From IMG/VR virus record IMGVR_UViG_2731957841_000003: a stretch of 29,158 nt of DNA; one strand, given 5' to 3'. Source of the stretch: a virus (taxonomy: Duplodnaviria > Heunggongvirae > Uroviricota > Caudoviricetes). The notes under the pieces are model-generated. The model was not told the DNA's origin, made no database searches, and saw nothing but the letters and a program-made list of their open reading frames with translations. Of this stretch, positions 18,976 through 27,922 are shown in pieces. A program made the translations under genes and the position numbers. Position 1 is the stretch's first letter. Each line of letters begins with the position of its first letter.

Positions 18976-19012
18976 AGACCCGGCAGGGCTATCCCCGACG
19001 GGTCTCATTTTT
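18976..19012 (+). terminator. Candidate rho-independent terminator for the yeaR-like gene
   Basis: Stem agacccg/cgggtct (large loop) followed by CATTTTTG, 30 nt after the stop codon. Confidence 0.45.
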
Positions 19013-19566
19013 GTAAATATATTGGTTCTACATTGACAGGAGACTTCAACCATAAGAAGTAATCTGAATACTTGAGCAATAAATTTACTTAAGATTAATG
19101 AGCGCACCTTGCCGGACAAAGATAAACCAAGGTAACACCTTTTTTCTAGCCAGTATGTAATCAATCAGAAAGCCGCTCCATAAGAACAACAGCAAGACAA
19201 TAAATTGCCATTACAGCCGCAATAGCCAGCGCACATTTGAGAACCAGCACGACAACCCCCTGTATTAGACGCACACCAGTCCTGATAAATATGAGGCTGT
19301 ATCGTCAGTGATTCAATACAACTATTGGGTATAGTTTCTGTGATTTTATTCTGTAGAAATGGAACACAACAACCAGTCACCACCAGCACTTCCTTAAATG
19401 CTCTAAGTCAGAAACAAGCCAACATTTTAGTCCGCTTTGAGCGATCTGCAGACATTGCTAGCAGCCTTCTGTGTGAATTCTCAGGGAGCAGGTCGGCATA
19501 GCATCACGTTGAGGCTCTTACCCTACTTGTTCACACCAACCCTAACTCCACAGACTGATTCATAAA

Positions 19567-20568
19567 TTAGTAATCTGCGTGTTTCGCACTTTTCAGAAAT
19601 GCTTTCATATTTTCATTAGGTCGCTCAATTTCGAAGTTACTTCCATATAACTCTTGTAATTTTGGCCATAACTTACTTAATAACCCTCTCCTGCGATAAA
19701 ATGGATGTATCCAAACGGTAGATAGGTACGGAGAATTTGCATTTGAATTGTTTATTGTGACCAGCCCAACTAAACATTGTCGATAACCACTATTATCCAT
19801 TGATTGTATTTCTTCGACGAATGGATACGCGATTACATCAGTCCAACCATGATCGGTTGTATCCCATTGCATTCCGTCATGACATTCCTTCGACTGATAG
19901 CGGCGTAAAGCTACACACGCGAGCTTTTGCCAATCTGGAGAATTAATTGTGATCTCTTCATCGTATGACGCGCCTATTGGAGCGGGTATTGGTCTGATTA
20001 ATCCAGCATGGCATTCATCATAGAACTTCATGTTTCCCTCAGAAACGTTGTGTACGTTGGGTTGCTCCATGTGTGCGCCATTCAAAAATAGCTCTGATAG
20101 TAGTGTATCTACACTGTAATCTTTATTGATTATTGTCGGCTTAGAGTTTTTCTTATTAAGGCCGCGAGTAACGATTTTTTGATCAATGTTAACAACATGG
20201 AATAATCCGTCGGGGAGGCTAGCGAACCACGATGGGGCATCGGACCAGAATAGCATGCCTTTTGTACTTCTTAAGAGTTTAATTAAGTTAATACAAGCTT
20301 CTTCACTAGTCTTGCCGTTGATGCGAAGTATGTTAGGACTAAAGTAATATTCATCCATATCAGGGAATGCAGCTTCGCAAAACTCCTGTACATAATTTAG
20401 CACCTGGATTCTACAGAGATCATCATAGCTGGTAATAACTAAGGGGGTATCTTCATTACTATTATGATTATCAATAATGCAATCTATAGCGAGACTTACT
20501 GCTTTGCGTATCACTTCAGTTGAATCTAACGACTCTAAAAATTTTGTCTTTCGTGTGCGAATATCCAT
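19567..20568 (-). CDS. Hypothetical 333-aa protein with C-terminal GNAT-like acetyltransferase motif (second gene of AT-rich cargo cassette)
   Basis: C-terminal ...LSTVWIHPFYRRRGLLSKLWPKLQEL... resembles GNAT motif A (beta4-alpha3, R-x-x-G); N-terminal ~250 aa unassigned; AT-rich codon usage; 15-bp gap to upstream gene. Confidence 0.5.
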   Translation of the reverse strand: MDIRTRKTKFLESLDSTEVIRKAVSLAIDCIIDNHNSNEDTPLVITSYDDLCRIQVLNYVQEFCEAAFPDMDEYYFSPNILRINGKTSEEACINLIKLLRSTKGMLFWSDAPSWFASLPDGLFHVVNIDQKIVTRGLNKKNSKPTIINKDYSVDTLLSELFLNGAHMEQPNVHNVSEGNMKFYDECHAGLIRPIPAPIGASYDEEITINSPDWQKLACVALRRYQSKECHDGMQWDTTDHGWTDVIAYPFVEEIQSMDNSGYRQCLVGLVTINNSNANSPYLSTVWIHPFYRRRGLLSKLWPKLQELYGSNFEIERPNENMKAFLKSAKHADY

Positions 20569-20583
20569 GTATGACCTGCGCTA

Positions 20584-21606
20584 TTAAAATTCATGAATGA
20601 ACGGTTTGTCATCTGGTTGCAAAATGGTGGTTTTATTCGTTGCTACATTTAAACTGTTGTAGAGCATAATTGCCAGGTTCGATGCATTTTCAATCAGCGT
20701 TTCAAGATCCTGGTCTGTAATCACTACGAGGTTCCCTTCTTTATCCTTTCCACCACGATGCACTAAGTGATTTCGATTGAGGGTTGCCAATTCAATAGCT
20801 TCTATCGGACAGTCTTTTTGTACTTTTATATCGAATGTAGCTTCATAGCGGTCGATTACCTTTTTAGTGCTATGCCAGCTTGCACTGATCAAGTGTTCCT
20901 TGATTGACCTGATTAGCTCTCCCCTAATTTTCTCGATGGGTTCACCCTTGAAAGGCAACGCAGCAATATCTTTGCTTACTTTAAATTCAGTCTTACCTTT
21001 TTCTATACAATTGGCTATGTAGACATCATCTTTCTCTATAGAATTAATGAATAGCTCAACATAAAGCGTTTCCAAAGCTGTAATAACATTCGTGTAGAGC
21101 AAACTAAGCAAGTGGTTTTTTTGCTGTTGTTCAGTTTTATCTTTTGCAAGTTTTTTTATTTTATCGATATTATCAATGAATTTTAAATACGGATTACCGG
21201 AAGACGTTACAGCGTCGTAGATATCATCATCGTACCAATCATCTATATTATTTGAGTTTCCAGACCAGTCAAAACATTGTGTTTGTAATTCATCTACTAA
21301 TTCCTCAATATACTCAGATTTAACATATTGACCGAAGATGGATTGTAGTTCTTCGCTCGCATCATACGGCCCGCCATATATGTAAGCATAGCCACCTTCT
21401 CTACTTTCATACGGACAAGCATTTGCCGGATCTTCAAAGTTTTCAAAGAACCAGTTTTTCATTACTTCGAGTTGATCTTTTTTGCTTATGTATTTTAAAG
21501 ATTTTAGTGGAACTTTCTTTCCATTAACCTCGAAAACAATTTTCACGATGTAACGCTCCCTTGTATCAATTGCGCAACTATTATACCACAGCGAAATACA
21601 GGGCAT
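20584..21606 (-). CDS. Hypothetical 340-aa protein with C-terminal R-x4-H (HEPN-like) motif (first gene of AT-rich cargo cassette)
   Basis: ORF listed as 363 aa; preferred start is the ATG at 21606 (MPCISLWYNS...) preceded by AAGGAGG. C-terminal ...ELATLNRNHLVHRGG... carries R-x4-H; strongly AT-rich. Confidence 0.5.
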   Translation of the reverse strand: MPCISLWYNSCAIDTRERYIVKIVFEVNGKKVPLKSLKYISKKDQLEVMKNWFFENFEDPANACPYESREGGYAYIYGGPYDASEELQSIFGQYVKSEYIEELVDELQTQCFDWSGNSNNIDDWYDDDIYDAVTSSGNPYLKFIDNIDKIKKLAKDKTEQQQKNHLLSLLYTNVITALETLYVELFINSIEKDDVYIANCIEKGKTEFKVSKDIAALPFKGEPIEKIRGELIRSIKEHLISASWHSTKKVIDRYEATFDIKVQKDCPIEAIELATLNRNHLVHRGGKDKEGNLVVITDQDLETLIENASNLAIMLYNSLNVATNKTTILQPDDKPFIHEF

Positions 21607-21744
21607 AACCTGCCTCCTTAAACTAACATACCATGAGCCAGCAATGTCCGCTATTGGCACAAAGCGGACAACCACGCTAGCTCTCCCCTGTGCCAGAAAA
21701 ATGTCAATTTACATATGAACTAATGCTCTTTGATCTAGTAACGT

Positions 21745-22176
21745 CTATAAATACCGAAGATTTCCTTGATAAAATGCCAGTACACGTTTCATAACTTCAC
21801 TCTTCCGGCACTCGCGACAGATTATGTTCTGACGCCTGTCATAGCGGCGTATTTCTCCGTCTGGTAATGACCAGATAAGGTCAGGATCAACCACAACCGT
21901 TTTTTTCACCTTTGCCCTGGATAGTTTTTTGCGGGCGTTTTTCCAATCCTTACGAGCCTGTTCAGACGGGAATAACCCATAGCCAGAGTTGTATACATCG
22001 CCACTGGCAACCAACTCTCTGGCAAGAATGCTCATCAGATATCTTGTCGCACCTGTCTTGGCCTCCAGTTGCCTTAACGTCTCGCGCCCACTCTGGCGTA
22101 CCAACTCAACAACCTGCTCCTTAATTTTTTCACGCTCTTCCTGTGTAAAAACTTTTGCCATAAGCGCCTCCGGCAA
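21745..22176 (-). CDS. Hypothetical basic 143-aa protein (nin-region-like position)
   Basis: ORF contiguous with the upstream gene (stop/start adjacent at 22176/22177); lysine/arginine-rich; no recognisable motif. Confidence 0.45.
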   Translation of the reverse strand: MPEALMAKVFTQEEREKIKEQVVELVRQSGRETLRQLEAKTGATRYLMSILARELVASGDVYNSGYGLFPSEQARKDWKNARKKLSRAKVKKTVVVDPDLIWSLPDGEIRRYDRRQNIICRECRKSEVMKRVLAFYQGNLRYL

Positions 22177-22938
22177 TCACTTTTCCGACACAATACGACT
22201 GGAGGAATCGACAATCTGTCGGACAATATCCCGGTGCTTGTTCAGCTCCCGCAGCGCGGCGCAGACTCGCTCCCACTTCTGGACATGATTTTTCGCCCGA
22301 CGCAGTTCGCGGTTTGCCATATGCAGCGATGGTAAAACTAGGTCATCCGCTTGCGTTTCAGTAAACGATGGCAGCGACTGCACAATGTCCGCCACAGTTT
22401 CTGTTTTAATATCTTCCTGTGTTGCCGCTTCCTGTACTGGTAACGCAACACCGGCTGGCTGAGGAAAGGCTTTACCATCAGTTTCCGCTACCGATGCAGC
22501 TTTCGGCTCTGCTGGTAAATTATCGCCCGGCATGCAGTAACGAAATTTACCGTTCTGGTTTACGCGAATCAGGCGTCCTTTGCTGATTGCCATTGCCAGC
22601 GTTGAAGCAACTTTGCGGGATGTTGTACCGAACAGCGTAGCCAGTTCATCCGCCGTTTGTGGTCCGCGTTGTTCAATCGTCGCGGTTAAATCGCACTCTG
22701 AGATTTTCACTACAGTTGCCGTGGTGGTTTCTTCCGGCAGTTCTGCCTGCATTGGCTGTTCCTGCTGAACGTTGTTATCAGCCACACGCCAGGTGTACGC
22801 GCTTTTATCAACGAAACCAGCTTTTTTCAGTTCCCATAGTTCGTTCAGCACTTCTTCACGACTGATATCAAGTCGCGCAGCAAGTTCTATGGATGTGGCT
22901 TTTCCCATTGCTTTCAGTGCGTCAAAAACAGTCTCCAT
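22177..22938 (-). CDS. Hypothetical protein with two winged-helix-like segments, downstream of the DnaC-like gene
   Basis: Likely start ATG at 22938 ([43 protein letters not shown]...) preceded by GGGAGG; second similar segment [32 protein letters not shown]. Confidence 0.5.
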   Translation of the reverse strand: METVFDALKAMGKATSIELAARLDISREEVLNELWELKKAGFVDKSAYTWRVADNNVQQEQPMQAELPEETTTATVVKISECDLTATIEQRGPQTADELATLFGTTSRKVASTLAMAISKGRLIRVNQNGKFRYCMPGDNLPAEPKAASVAETDGKAFPQPAGVALPVQEAATQEDIKTETVADIVQSLPSFTETQADDLVLPSLHMANRELRRAKNHVQKWERVCAALRELNKHRDIVRQIVDSSSRIVSEK

Positions 22939-22960
22939 AAAAATTTCCTCCCGGTAAAAA

Positions 22961-23707
22961 TTACTTCTCAATTCCTGGCTGGACGACATTCGGACGCCAG
23001 CTCTCCCAGTTAAAATTCACCCATCGCCCGCCGTTCATGGTCATGCGATCCATAATCCGCTCGCCGAGCAATGTTTTCATGGCCTCATAGTTCAGGTTTG
23101 TCAGCATCCCCACGCTGCGCATCGACGCTGTCCGGCGATCAACAATCTGGTGCAGCACCACCTGCTCGTTTTTCGTCTCGCGCTGAATGCCAATTTCATC
23201 AAGAACCAGCAGATCCACTTCGCATAGTTCCCGCAAAAATTTTTCGCCTGACTGCCCATCGTCATAGCTGGCGTGCAGGGCACTCATAACATCAGCCACG
23301 GTAACCACAATCACTGTCTGAACGTCTTTCAGCAGGCGATTCCCGATAGCTGCCGCTAAGTGGTTCTTCCCGGTACCAGGTTTTCCGCTGAACGCAAAAT
23401 TTGTACACCCGGTCATCAGTTCATCAGCGATGGATTTCGCCTGACTCAACGCGTATCGCTGCGCTTCGTTCTGCACCTGGTAATTCGAAAACGAGCATTT
23501 GCGGTGCAATGGCTGGATGCCAGAGCGATTCAGAATTTTTTCCACCCGCAACTGACGATTCTGACGGTTGATCTCCTCACAACGTTTCTGGCCTTCGGAA
23601 AGTTGCCACTCGCGCCACTCCGCTACCGTCTTGAATGGCGCGGTTACATGTGACGGGGCCAGTCTGCGGATACGTTCAAGAACGTCGCCTGTCGCAATAT
23701 TTTTCAT
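22961..23707 (-). CDS. ydaV: DnaC/IstB-like replication helicase loader (YdaV-like)
   Basis: Walker [16 protein letters not shown] and Walker [10 protein letters not shown]; 248 aa. Confidence 0.85.
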   Translation of the reverse strand: MKNIATGDVLERIRRLAPSHVTAPFKTVAEWREWQLSEGQKRCEEINRQNRQLRVEKILNRSGIQPLHRKCSFSNYQVQNEAQRYALSQAKSIADELMTGCTNFAFSGKPGTGKNHLAAAIGNRLLKDVQTVIVVTVADVMSALHASYDDGQSGEKFLRELCEVDLLVLDEIGIQRETKNEQVVLHQIVDRRTASMRSVGMLTNLNYEAMKTLLGERIMDRMTMNGGRWVNFNWESWRPNVVQPGIEK

Positions 23708-23713
23708 GGTCAG

Positions 23714-24475
23714 TTACCCCCTGAAGCCTGGCGGGATCGCACTATCCGGTAACGAGACGGTGTTAACCTGTCGGAGTAACGTCTCAGGTCGAACACCTTT
23801 CGGCGCGAACAAGCCCTGGTATTCATTGGCGATGCTGTGTCGAATCACCTGCTCAGGTGAAAAACCCTGCTGGCGGAATTTTTCCAGCTCCCGTATCGCC
23901 CCGTTAGCGCCCTGCTCCGTTCGAATCGGTTTTCGCAATGCCTGGCGAAATTCAACCCACTCACGCCAAAGCGAGACAGAAATCCAGTTCGGCAAAGCAA
24001 TATCCAGAGGGTCAAACTTTTTGACACCTCGATTCCCCCGGGGGGGATTTAGGGGGGGATCTGTTTTTAGATCTTTATCTGTATCTTTATTAGTTGCCTT
24101 TGTGTTGACATCATGTTCAAACACCACTTCAACATCTGTTTGAACACCTGTTAAATTTCTCTCTTGTTTTGTTTGAACATCTGCTTCCTTTCTGCTTCTT
24201 CTGGCCTGAACAGATGCTTTTCCTGCGGCTGATTTTTTGGTTAATTTTTCCCTGACTGATGCCAGATCTTCCTCAATCCGAAGATGCACCCATTCCTCGC
24301 CGTTATCGCAAAAAAACTCCTGCAAGGATGGTTCAACATCAGCCCATCGCTCGTTAGTCAGACGGGCAATTTTTGCCAGCCTGTTTTTAGGTATTGGCTT
24401 TCCTGTTTGCCAGTAATTGAACATCAGCAACAAATACGCACCATGCTCCTCTGCTGAAGGGTAATCGTGTTTCAC
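23714..24475 (-). pseudogene. ydaU: DUF1376 replication protein (YdaU-like), 5'-truncated at a deletion junction
   Basis: ORF begins with GTG at 24475 ((M)[24 protein letters not shown]...) and an in-frame stop lies 2 codons upstream, so the usual N-terminal ~25-30 residues of this family are absent. K-12 YdaU is 285 aa by memory versus 253 here. Confidence 0.6.
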
Positions 24476-24476
24476 A

Positions 24477-26373
24477 CATCACTCGCACGGCTTCCGGTGC
24501 TAATGCTGGCGGCGGAAACCTCACCGATCGCGGCGAAGGTTTCGTACACGATCTGACGTCACTGGCGCGGGACGTAGCCACTGGCGTACTGGCCCGTTCA
24601 ATGGATCTGGACATCTATAACCTTCATCCGGCACACGCTAAACGCATTGAGGAAATTATCGCTGAAAATAAACCGCCCTTTTCTGTTTTCCGCGACAAAT
24701 TCATCACCATGCCTGGCGGGCTGGATTATTCCCGCGCCATCGTGGTTGCGTCCGTAAAAGAAGCACCAATTGGGATCGAGGTCATCCCCGCGCACGTCAC
24801 TGAATATCTGAACAAAGTACTGACTGAAACCGATCATGCCAACCCTGATCCGGAAATCGTGGATATTGCCTGCGGTCGCTCCTCTGCCCCGATGCCGCAG
24901 CGAGTAACAGAAGAAGGAAAACAGGATGATGAAGAAAAACCGCAACCATCTGGAACAACGGCAGTTGAACAGGGAGAGGCTGAAACAATGGAACCGGACG
25001 CAACTGAACATCATCAGGACACGCAGCCGCTGGATGCTCAGTCACAGGTAAATTCTGTTGATGCGAAATATCAGGAACTGCGGGCAGAACTCCATGAAGC
25101 CCGGAAAAACATTCCATCAAAAAATCCTGTCGATGCCGATAAATTGCTTGCTGCATCACGTGGTGAATTTGTTGACGGAATTAGCGACCCGAACGATCCG
25201 AAATGGGTAAAGGGGATCCAGACTCGCGATTGTGTGTACCAGAACCAGCCAGAAACGGAAAAAACCAGCCCGGATATGAATCAACCTGAGCCAGTAGTGC
25301 AACAGGAACCGGAAATAGCCTGCAATGCCTGCGGCCAGACTGGCGGGGATAACTGCCCTGACTGTGGTGCGGTGATGGGCGACGCAACATACCAGGAAAC
25401 ATTCGATGAAGAGAGTCAGGTTGAAGCTAAGGAAAATGATCCGGAGGAAATGGAAGGCGCTGAACATCCGCACAATGAGAATGCTGGCAGCGATCCGCAT
25501 CGCGATTGCAGTGATGAAACTGGCGAAGTCGCAGATCCCGTAATCGTAGAAGACATAGAGCCAGGTATTTATTACGGAATTTCGAATGAGAATTACCACG
25601 CGGGTCCCGGTGTCAGTAAGTCTCAGCTCGATGACATTGCTGATACTCCGGCACTGTATTTGTGGCGTAAAAATGCCCCCGTGGACACCACAAAGACAAA
25701 AACGCTCGATTTAGGAACCGCTTTCCACTGCCGGGTACTTGAGCCGGAAGAATTCAGTAACCGCTTTATCGTAGCACCTGAATTTAACCGCCGGACAAAC
25801 TCCGGAAAAGAAGAAGAGAAAGCGTTTCTGAGGGAATGCGCAAGCACAGGAAAAACGGTTATCACTGCCGAAGAAGGCCGGAAAATTGAACTCATGTATC
25901 AGAGCGTTATGGCTTTGCCGCTGGGGCAATGGCTTGTTGAAAGCGCCGGACACGCTGAATCATCAATTTACTGGGAAGATCCTGAAACAGCAATTTTGTG
26001 TCGGTGCCGTCCGGACAAAATTATCCCTGAATTTCACTGGATCATGGACGTGAAAACTACGGCGGATATTCAACGATTCAAAACCGCTTATTACGACTAC
26101 CGCTATCACGTTCAGGATGCATTCTACAGTGACGGTTATGAAGCACAGTTTGGAGTGCAGCCAACTTTCGTTTTTCTGGTTGCCAGCACAACTATTGAAT
26201 GCGGACGTTATCCGGTTGAAATTTTCATGATGGGCGAAGAAGCAAAACTGGCAGGTCAGCTGGAATATCACCGCAATCTGCGAACCCTGGCTGACTGCCT
26301 CAATACCGATGAATGGCCAGCTATTAAGACGTTATCACTGCCCCGCTGGGCTAAGGAATATGCAAATGACTAA
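24477..26373 (+). pseudogene. recE: Exonuclease VIII RecE, 5'-truncated (C-terminal ~2/3 retained; first in-frame ATG at 24601)
   Basis: 590-aa ORF from the 24601 ATG whose frame is open upstream to 24421; C-terminal nuclease region; TAA overlaps the recT ATG (ATGACTAA). K-12 RecE is 866 aa by memory. Confidence 0.75.
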
Positions 26374-27175
26374 GCAACCACCAATCGCAAAAGCCGATCT
26401 GCAAAAAACTCAGGGAAACCGTGCACCAGCAGCAATTAAAAATAACGACGTGATTAGTTTTATTAACCAGCCATCAATGAAAGAGCAACTGGCAGCAGCT
26501 CTTCCACGCCATATGACGGCTGAACGTATGATCCGTATCGCCACCACAGAAATTCGTAAAGTTCCGGCGTTAGGAAACTGTGACACTATGAGTTTTGTCA
26601 GTGCAATCGTACAGTGTTCACAGCTCGGACTTGAGCCCGGTAGCGCCCTCGGTCATGCATATTTACTGCCTTTTGGTAATAAAAACGAAAAGAGCGGTAA
26701 AAAAAACGTTCAGCTAATCATTGGCTATCGCGGCATGATTGATCTGGCTCGCCGTTCAGGTCAAATCGCCAGCCTGTCAGCCCGTGTTGTCCGTGAAGGT
26801 GACGAGTTTAATTTCGAATTTGGCCTTGATGAAAAGTTAATACACCGCCCAGGAGAAAACGAAGATGCCCCTGTTACCCACGTCTATGCTGTCGCAAGAC
26901 TGAAAGACGGAGGTACTCAGTTTGAAGTTATGACGCGCAAACAGATTGAGCTGGTGCGCAGCCAGAGTAAAGCTGGTAATAACGGGCCGTGGGTAACTCA
27001 CTGGGAAGAAATGGCAAAGAAAACGGCTATTCGTCGCCTGTTCAAATATCTGCCCGTATCAATTGAGATCCAGCGTGCAGTATCAATGGATGAAAAGGAA
27101 CCACTGACAATCGATCCTGCAGATTCCTCTGTATTAACCGGGGAATACAGTGTAATCGATAATTCAGAGGAATAA
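26366..27175 (+). CDS. recT: Recombinase RecT (single-strand annealing protein)
   Basis: 269 aa from [27 protein letters not shown]...; matches my recollection of K-12 RecT; canonical position after recE. Confidence 0.9.
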   Translation: MTKQPPIAKADLQKTQGNRAPAAIKNNDVISFINQPSMKEQLAAALPRHMTAERMIRIATTEIRKVPALGNCDTMSFVSAIVQCSQLGLEPGSALGHAYLLPFGNKNEKSGKKNVQLIIGYRGMIDLARRSGQIASLSARVVREGDEFNFEFGLDEKLIHRPGENEDAPVTHVYAVARLKDGGTQFEVMTRKQIELVRSQSKAGNNGPWVTHWEEMAKKTAIRRLFKYLPVSIEIQRAVSMDEKEPLTIDPADSSVLTGEYSVIDNSEE

Positions 27176-27230
27176 TTCAGCCTGGCGGTGTAATGCACCG
27201 CCAACTTGAAATATTTTTATGAGAAAAATT

Positions 27231-27380
27231 ATGAGATATGACAATGTTAAACCATGTCCATTTTGTGGTTGTCCATCAGTAACGGTGAAAGCCATTTCAG
27301 GATATTACCGAGCGAAGTGTAACGGATGCGAATCCCGAACCGGTTATGGTGGAAGTGAAAAAGAAGCACTCGAACGATGA
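27231..27380 (+). pseudogene. ralR: Restriction-alleviation protein/type I toxin RalR (Lar) with in-frame TGA at codon 50
   Basis: MRYDNVKPCPFCGCPSVTVKAISGYYRAKCNGCESRTGYGGSEKEALER then TGA; the same frame continues NKRTTGNNNGGVHV to a TAA at 27423..27425 overlapping the ydaC ATG, giving the 64 aa I recall for Lar. Confidence 0.6.
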
Positions 27381-27417
27381 AATAAACGAACCACTGGAAA
27401 TAATAATGGAGGTGTTC

Positions 27418-27606
27418 ATGTATAAAATTACCGCCACTATTGAAAAGGAAGGTGGCACTCCTACTAACTGGACAAGATATTCAAAATCTAAACTAACGAA
27501 ATCAGAATGCGAAAAAATGCTCTCAGGTAAAAAAGAAGCAGGCGTTTCCAGAGAGCAGAAAGTAAAACTGATAAATTTTAATTGCGAGAAACTTCAGTCC
27601 TCGTGA
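27418..27606 (+). CDS. ydaC: Rac-type small protein YdaC
   Basis: 62-aa ORF MYKITATIEKEGGTPTNWTRYSKSKL... with SD GGAGG at 5-nt spacing; position between ralR and xis. Confidence 0.7.
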   Translation: MYKITATIEKEGGTPTNWTRYSKSKLTKSECEKMLSGKKEAGVSREQKVKLINFNCEKLQSS

Positions 27607-27705
27607 ATTGCATTGTATTCAAATTAAAACTTCATAGCTGATTATTAATAATCAACATCGGGCGTCAATTTAAGTCTAACATTGGCGCCTGCCAGAGGTG
27701 ATGCG

Positions 27706-27921
27706 ATGGCACAAGTAATCTTTAATGAAGAGTGGATGGTTGAATACGGCCTGATGCTTCGCACTGGTCTGGGGGCCAGACAAATTGAAGCATACCGCCA
27801 GAACTGTTGGGTGGAAGGCTTCCACTTCAAACGAGTATCTCCTTTAGGGAAGCCAGACAGTAAGCGAGGGATTATCTGGTATAACTATCCAAAGATAAAT
27901 CAGTTTATCAAAGACTCATGA
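27706..27921 (+). CDS. xisR: Excisionase (XisR/YdaQ-like)
   Basis: 71 aa from [43 protein letters not shown]...; stop 1 nt before the int ATG. Confidence 0.75.
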   Translation: MAQVIFNEEWMVEYGLMLRTGLGARQIEAYRQNCWVEGFHFKRVSPLGKPDSKRGIIWYNYPKINQFIKDS

Positions 27922-27922
27922 T

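Noticed and set aside
19165-19389. Cys-rich 74-aa minus-strand ORF downstream of the GNAT-like gene
   Set aside because: No convincing RBS, odd composition (13 Cys of 74) and no recognisable fold; kept only as a very weak possibility of a small secreted peptide.
24598-25599. Minus-strand ORFs of 138, 120, 147 and 73 aa inside recE
   Set aside because: Antisense to a well-supported recE coding region; atypical composition; no start signals.
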